Below are positions 56,675 through 64,000 of a DNA stretch of 64,000 nucleotides, one piece after another (position 1 is the first letter of the stretch; each line of letters opens with the position of its first letter). Under the pieces are notes generated by a model. It made no database searches and had not been told where the DNA came from. It worked only from the letters and a program-made list of their open reading frames with translations. The stretch spans positions 44,888,001-44,952,000 of the forward strand of contig OX597822.1 in NCBI GenBank assembly GCA_951406725.2, read 5' to 3'. The position numbers and the translations under genes are program-made. The DNA is from Octopus vulgaris. Lineage: Eukaryota.

Positions 56675-57346
56675 GCACATACATACACATACATACATAT
56701 ATATACACATACATACGTACCTTCATACATACACACATCCATGCATACACACATTCATACATACTTACATACATTCATGCCTACATACATACATAAATTC
56801 ATGTATACATACATATATACGTACATTCATTCATACATACACACATCCATGCATACATACATACATACATACATACATACATTCATGCTTACATACATAC
56901 ATAAATTCATGTATACATACATATATACGTACATTCATTCATACATACACACATCCATGCATACATACATTCATACATACAGACATACATACATACATTC
57001 ATGCCTACATACATACATACAGTCGTGCCTACATGCATACATATATTCATGTATACATACATATATACATACATACATTCATTCATACATATATACATTC
57101 ATGTATACATACATACATATACACATACATACATTCATGAATACATATATGCATACATACAAACATACATACACACAAGCATAATTGCATACATACATAC
57201 CTTCTTACATACATACATTCATATATACATATATACATACGTACATTCAAACATACATACATACATACATACATACATGCATACATCCACCAGCAGACAA
57301 ATAGACAGACGAACAGACTAACACACGCATAGACACACACAGAGAT

Positions 57347-57381
<35 letters not shown>

Positions 57382-57515
57382 GAAACACACAGATACATAC
57401 ATAGACAGATAGACAGACATACATAGATACACACATACATACAGACATACCTACCTACCTACATACATACATACATACATACATACATACATACATACAT
57501 ACATACATACATAAA
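56675..57515 (+). repeat. (CATA)n-derived degenerate satellite with a 108 bp higher-order duplication
   Basis: The translation repeats the 36-codon block HTYTHPCIHT.IHTYIHSCLHTYINSCIHTYIRTFI. Confidence 0.85.
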
Positions 57516-57674
57516 CACATTTAATTTTCACTGCTGCAGGAGAAAAATTCTATAAAATTTCAAAATAGCTGTTCATAATTCCTTTTGCTAATTTTTGTTA
57601 TTGTAATTACCTTTGTTGGTGATATTGTTGTAATCATCATCCTAATTATCATCATCATCGTCATCGTCGTCGTC

Positions 57675-57727
<53 letters not shown>

Positions 57728-58329
57728 TATTGTTATCATTATTGTTGTTGTTGAGGTTGTTGTTGTTGTTGTTGTTGTTGCCTGTTAAAAGCAGGTAAAT
57801 TGGCAGAATTGTTAGTGCACCGGAACAATGTTTACGTTATATGTTCCGGCTCTTTGCATTCTGAGTTCGAATCCCGCTGAGGTTATCTATGACTGTCATC
57901 ATATCCGAGATCGATAAAACAACACATCAATCAATCATTTGTGTCGATGGCATCGACTCTTCACTGCCCCTCTTCCTAACCCTTTCGCCAATTACAGAAA
58001 CCATTATTATTGTTATTAGTGTTCTTGTTATAGCCATTGTCGTTGATTATGATGAAAATAAGGAAAAGGATAATGACGCTGACGATAATGATGAAAATGA
58101 TGATAATGTATTATGTTCTGCTTGATCTGAAATCAATTTACTTTAGCTTTATCGTCATACGGAAATGCATAGCAAGTTCATGTTATCATTGATGTGGTAC
58201 AGAAACAATTGCCTTCAAATAACGTAACACACGCAACTCAAAGTACACCCAATCAACCTTCATTCATATGACAATCCTTACACAGTGCAGAGTCTATACA
58301 ACCACCTCCCAATATTATAACACTATGAC

Positions 58330-59275
58330 AAGGCGGAAGCTGACAGAATCTTTAGCGCGCCTGGGAAAATGCTTAGCGGCATTTCGTCAGTCTTTATGTT
58401 CTGAGTTGAAATTCCGCCGAGGTCGTCTTTGTCTTTCGTCCTTACTGGGTCGATAAAATAAGTACTAGTTGAACACTGGGGTTGATGTAATCTACTTATC
58501 TCCTCCCAAAAACTGCTGCCCTTGTGGCAAAATTTGAAACCATTAATATGGCAAACCTTACATAGTGCAGAGATTCTGTACAAGAACCTCCCAATGTTAT
58601 AACACTATCAAAACGGCGAGCTGGCAGAATCTTTAGCACGCCGGGCGAAATGCATAGCCGTATTTCGTCTGCCGCTACGTTCTGAGTTCAAATTCCGCCG
58701 AAGTCGACTTTCCCTTTCATCCTTTCGGGAGCGATTAAATAAGCACCAGTTAATCCGTTTGTCTGCCCTTGTTTGTCCTCTCTGTGTTTAGCCCCTTGTG
58801 GGTAGTAAAGAAATAAGTATTTCGTCTGTCTTCTGGTTCTGAGTTCAAATGCCGCCGAGGTCGCCTTTGACATTCATCCTTTTGAGGTCGATAAATTGAG
58901 TACCGGTGAAACAATGGGGTCGATGTAATCGATTTACCCGCTCTTTCAAATAAGACCTTGTGCTTATTGTTGAAAAGAATATTATAACAGTTACATAGCA
59001 ACGAGCATGCATTTCGTCCGTTTTTACTTTCTGAGTTCAAAACCCGCCGATGTCACCTATGCCTTTCATCTTTCCAGGGTGCATATATAAAAGTTATAGT
59101 CTTACCACCTGTTGGAGTTGTGCCAAAAGTTTTAACCACTATTCTTAAGGCGGTCAACTGGCAGAAATGTTCGCACGTTTCGCCGGAATTTGAATTCAGA
59201 ACATAAAGAGCCGTAACAAAAGCCGCGAAGCATTTTATCCGGCGTGCTGATGATGCATCCAAACTCACTGCCTTA
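58330..59275 (+). mobile_element. Cluster of SINE family B units
   Basis: Heads ggcg..gctg.cagaatc.ttagc.cgcc.gg at 58331 and 58614, further truncated units, and a head-to-head fold-back at 59145-59275. Confidence 0.85.
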
Positions 59276-59400
59276 CTCACTACTATATATAATACTACAG
59301 GGTGATTCAAAAATCTGTTTCTAAAAACAAAAAATTGTTCCTATGTATGACAAATTTTGAATCACGCTGTATATACATAGAACATATTATACACAATGAC

Positions 59401-59792
59401 TGAGTGGCTGTGTGGTAAGTAGCTTGCTTATGAACTACATGTTTCTGGATTCAGTCCCACTGCGTGGCACCTTGGGCAAATGTCTTCTATTATAGCCTCG
59501 AGCCAACCAAAGCCTTGTGAGTGGATTTGGTAGACGGAAACTGATAGAATCTGTTGTATATATGTATATGTATGTTTGTGTATATGTTTGTGTGTATGTG
59601 TTTGTCTACCCAACATAGCTTTACAACTGATGCTGGTGTGTTTACGTCCCGGTAACTTGGCGGTTCAGCAAAAGAGACCGATAGAATAAGTACTAGGCTT
59701 ACAAAGAATAAGTCCTGGGGTCGATTTGCTCGACTAAAAGACGGTGCTCCAGTATGGCCAAAGTCAAACGACTGAAACAAGTAAAAGAGTAA
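59401..59792 (+). mobile_element. SINE family A
   Basis: Full-length copy. Confidence 0.85.
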
Positions 59793-60340
59793 GCGACGCC
59801 AATACTACAACACAATCTACGAAACACATTCAACAAAAACTCTTCCTAAATTTCATAATCTACACAACACATATTCTACGAAATCCCCGATCAAATTCTA
59901 CAACTCTCCCAACACATATTATACGCTATCTACAGTCAATAATGAAATACACCTCATTTGTTTTCCAGTTAAAGAATATTCCAGTTCCTAAATATTCTTA
60001 TTGTTCGGTCATCAGAACCAGATGACCATTACAATATTTCAAAAGTGACTGAGTGAGTATTCTGTTGCTGTTTGTGCCGTAAATATAATTCTCATGATAC
60101 ATCAGCGACATTGTCTGAAAAGACTTGTGCTTCTGATTAATTAATGGTACAACACATGTAATTAATTGCTACAAAGATTCTTCCAAATTCCATGCGCAAT
60201 ACTATAACAAGTAACGCAATGCCAATTCTACACAATCACCGCCTGATTCTACAAGACAATATAGACAGCACATATTCTAAATAATTACATTTGGTTACTA
60301 TAAACCCTCTTACATAATACATATTCTACACATTAATCAT

Positions 60341-60397
<57 letters not shown>

Positions 60398-60399
60398 GT

Positions 60400-60737
60400 G
60401 AAGGCGCATGGCTCAGTGGTTAGAGCCTCGAGCTTACGATCGTGAGGTTGTGAGCTCGAATCCCGAACCGGGCTGCGTGTTGTGTTCTTGAGCAAGGCAC
60501 TTTATTTCACGTTGCTCCAGTTCACTCAGCTGTAGAAATGAGTTGCGACGTCACGGGTGCCAAGCTGTATCAAACCTTTGTCTTTCCCTTGGATAACACT
60601 GGTGGCGTGGAGAGGGGAAGCCGGTATGCATGGGCGACTGCTGGTCTTCCATAAACAACCTCGCCCGGACTTGTGTCTAGGAGGGTAACTTTCTAGGTGC
60701 AATCCCATGGTCTGTGTCGTGACCGAAGGGGGTCTCT
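60400..60737 (+). mobile_element. SINE family C, best-preserved copy
   Basis: A box tggctcagtgg, B-box-like gctcgaatcc and a tRNA-like head. Inserted in (TTA)n. Confidence 0.9.
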
Positions 60738-60779
60738 CCGATTATTATTATTATTATTATTATTATTATCATTATTATT

Positions 60780-61432
60780 AAGGCAGCGAGCTGGCAGAAT
60801 CGTTCGTACGCCGGGAAAAATGCTTAATGGCATTTCGTCCGTCTTTACGTTCTCAGTTCAAATTTCGCTAGGTTGACTTTACCTTTCATCCTTTCGGGGT
60901 CGATAAAATTAAGTACCAGTTGCGTACTTGGAGTGATCTAATCGACTTGCACTCTACCCAAAACTTTCAGGCCTTGTGCCTAGAGTAGAAAGGATTATTA
61001 TTAAAGGTGACGAAGGCGGCGAACTGGTAGAAACGTTAGCACGCGAGTGAAATGCGTAACGGTATTTCGTCTGCCGCTACGTTCTGTATTCAAATTCCGC
61101 CGAGGTCGACTTTGCCTTTCATCCTTTCGGGGTCGATAAATTAAGTACCAGTTACGCACTGGGGTCGATATAATCGACTTAATCCGTTTGTCTGTCCTTG
61201 TTTATCCTCTCTGTGTTTAGCCCCTTGTGGGTACTAAAGAAATAGGTATTTCGTCTGCCGCTACGTTCTGAGTTCAAATTCCGCCGAGGTCGACTTTGCC
61301 TTTCATCCTTTCGTGGTCAATTAGATAAGAAACAGTTACGCACTGGGGTCGATATAATCAACTTAATCCGCTTTTCTGTCCTTGTTTGTCCCCTCTCTGT
61401 GTAGCCCCTTGTGGGCAGTAAAGAAATAAGAA
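60780..61432 (+). mobile_element. SINE family B monomer plus dimer
   Basis: The unit ggtatttcgtctgccgctacgttctg repeats at 61061 and 61245 (184 bp period). Confidence 0.9.
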
Positions 61433-62581
61433 ATAAGTACGCTCATCAAAGCGGGCTCAAGATGAAGTAGCAAGTGGTGTGATCTAAACTAAAATATTTA
61501 GAAACCTTATGTGGTTTGAAGTATCTCCATAGAACTCTTTTTCTGGATGACCTTCAAAGACCGCAGTTCAATTAATGATCAGCACCTTGCCCTGACGGCA
61601 GAGAGAAAATCACTAGGATTTAGTAGTACAAGGCAGAAATTACAGCCATTGCATATGTGGCTAACGCAGCTACTTGAGGGTTTTCTGTTCTGAGAAGTTG
61701 GAAACGCATGGAATAAATAAGAGAGTGGTGGACAACGGTAGAGTCAAGAACATTAGCAACATCAATAGGACCCAGAAATTGCAACCATCCTGGCAACTCT
61801 AAGGATGGCTGCCTTCTAATTTCTAGATGTCAACGATCAGGAGTCCCCTCATTCACCTACTACGAGTGGTACAACACGATCGTGTACTGCAGCATCAGCT
61901 TGCGAAAATAAGCAGCATGTGGAAGGTGAACAAGTGTTGAAATTTTCTGGGGCATAAATCATCTGGAAATGTAGACACTTTGAAAAGAATCTGTTATTTA
62001 GCTAGATTATAACACCTTTACCTAACTATATCTCACGAAATACTAACACGTATGCACATATACATATGTGTGGTGTATGTGTATGCGTGTACATGTGTCC
62101 GTGTGTATGGGGACGTAAGTTTCTATGTGATTGACGTTTTTTTTTGTTGTTTATAGATCCCTTCAATATTTACCATATTAACTTTGCAGAATTCTAAAGA
62201 CATATTCTATTAATCTCCGTTTCCATGTCCATTTTTCATTAATATTTTATATATTTAATTTTCATATAATTATTTCATGATATTTATTTCTACCGCCTCA
62301 GAATTATTCACTACAACAAACGATGATGGATATTTTTCTGAATTATAACCTTGGAAACGAGGGCACGAATAAATAATGTGTTCAGATGAATTTGGCGAAG
62401 ACAGAAAAAATTAAATAAACACGAGGAAGTTCTATAGTTTGTAACAATATATATATACGGTACGCCAACATTACCAAGAGCTATATATTTTGTATTGTAT
62501 ACAAAATGAAGTTAATATATGATATATTAAATAAATTATAATATAGGAGGCTATTGGCATTAAAAGTCATATATATCGTGA

Positions 62582-62947
62582 CACACCGTCGGTTACGACG
62601 ACGAGGGTTCCAGTTGATCCGATCAACGGAATAGCTTGTTCGTGAAATTAACGTGTCGTGGCTGAGCACTCCACAAACACGTACCCTTAACGTAGTTCTC
62701 GGGGAGATTCAACGTGACACGGAGTGCGACAAGGATGGCCCCTTTGAAATACAAGGTACAACAGAAACAGAAAGTCGTGTTGAAAGAATACAGCAGGGTT
62801 CGCCACCACACCCTGCCGGAGCCACGTGGGACCTTCGTGGAGTTTTGTGTTTTCGCTCAATAAACACTAGTTAAACATGATCTGGGGATCGAAATCGCGA
62901 TCCTATGACCGCGAGTTCAGTGTCATAAACACTGGGCCATTGCGTCA
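62582..62947 (-). mobile_element. SINE family D
   Basis: Minus-strand tRNA-like head (tggcccagtg...ttcgatcccc). Body shared with 7519-7822. Confidence 0.8.
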
Positions 62948-62975
62948 CCATATATATATATATATATATATATAA

Positions 62976-63113
62976 TAGTGTACATTTAAACACAAGAGAA
63001 ACTGCCTTCAACAAGCAGTTTTACACGCTAGAAGTAGTCAAAACCACATTTAAGCGTAATCTTCAAAACTGCCTGTTGAAGGCAGTTTTCTCTTGTGTTT
63101 AAATGTACGCTAT
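62976..63113. repeat. ~140 bp fold-back (47 bp inverted arms) sharing its terminus with 12370-12658
   Basis: gtacatttaaacacaagagaaactgccttcaaca.gcagtttt is inverted at 63066-63113. Confidence 0.85.
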
Positions 63114-63441
63114 TTCATATTGAGAATATGTTATCTATTGACTTTTTATACATGCTAGGCCACTGGTATTGAAATTTCTAAAAAAAACTCGCTACCCTAT
63201 ATTTTACGTATACATATGTGTGTGTGTGTATGTGTGTGTGTGTGCGTGTGTGCGTGTGTGTGTGTGTAAGGGGAATAGAAAAGCGACATAAGCCACGTTT
63301 TTCTATTTCAACTTTTTGAAAATCGATGTAAACTGTGAAATTGGTGAAATCTTTAAATATAATAATAAAAATATATTTTAACTATTCTCAGTGCATTTTC
63401 AACTCCTAATTTTCCTATATTTCTACCCGTATGAAATAAAA

Positions 63442-63517
<76 letters not shown>

Positions 63518-63753
63518 GAGAGATGAGCAAAGTAGCAAGTTTTAAAATCTCGAGAAGAGATCAGAGTAGTAACAATACTAACAAGTAAAGTCAATCGCCA
63601 AGTCACAGTGGCTGTTCTATGTTACTATTAGTTCAACTCCAGGGAGATCTTCCGTCAGCTGGTTATCGGTGCAACGCAACGGCCTTTTTATAAAAATATA
63701 TATATTGCTAAAAGGGGGAGTGAATACTTACCATCCTCTAGCACGCAACAGGA

Positions 63754-63802
63754 TCGCGAGACTAATTCAGTTTCGAGCCGGTTGGCTTATCCTCAGTTGC
63801 GA
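63754..63802 (-). ncRNA. Type I hammerhead ribozyme motif (distinct family)
   Basis: UCGCAA-CUGAGGA-U-AAGCC-aacc-GGCUC-GAAA-CUGAAUUAG-UC-UCGCGA: intact core, GUC site, stem I with one mismatch. Confidence 0.7.
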
Positions 63803-64000
63803 GCAGCTGGCCATCAGAGTCATAGCCGGTGTCCGCTCCAGGCAGTAATATATTGTAAACTAAGTGACCAATGGTTACTAATTTTCAACTAGCAAAATAG
63901 CAAGAAGAGATTAGAGTAGTCAACCTCCATATCGCTCCCACGGCTAGGACTATATATTCTTTTCTACTTTAGGCACAAGAACACAATTTTTGGTGAGAAG

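Noticed and set aside
60400-60475. tRNA gene
   Set aside because: It is a SINE head that continues into a repeated body and has no proper acceptor stem.
58330-61432. Regularly repeated units resembling a CRISPR array
   Set aside because: They are tandem SINE copies without unique spacers, in a eukaryotic context.
61440-61960. GC-richer unique-looking stretch
   Set aside because: No ORF of 60 aa or more and no recognisable motif. It needs a homology search.
63724-63732. ATACTTACC resembling the U1 snRNA 5' end
   Set aside because: The match stops after 9 nt. It is better read as a minus-strand splice donor.

Overview
This is AT-rich eukaryotic DNA made almost entirely of repeats, with no recognisable host exon. 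The dense (TA)n/(CA)n/(TATG)n/(GATA)n/(TAA)n microsatellites and tRNA-derived SINEs suggest an octopus or other cephalopod genome (inference). Most listed ORFs are microsatellite artefacts. Real content: (1) a near-full-length R4/Dong-type non-LTR retrotransposon (RT + CCHC + restriction-like endonuclease, 29126-33030, minus) with a single in-frame stop, a 5'-truncated inverted sister copy, and fragments of about five other Dong-like families, nearly all in (TAA)n tracts; (2) a ~560 bp non-coding element that also sits in (TAA)n, with one twin-priming-like 5'-inverted copy and one copy fused to a Dong fragment; (3) a Penelope-like GIY-YIG fragment with inverted pseudo-LTRs, plus several fold-back units in (TA)n carrying minimal type I hammerhead ribozyme motifs of at least four families; (4) a complete but frameshifted mariner, a deleted Tc1 with a fold-back TIR duplication, two non-autonomous Helitrons and a Helentron-type HINE; (5) four SINE families, one forming dimers with a recurrent palindromic junction. 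All calls were made by eye, and no database searches were run.
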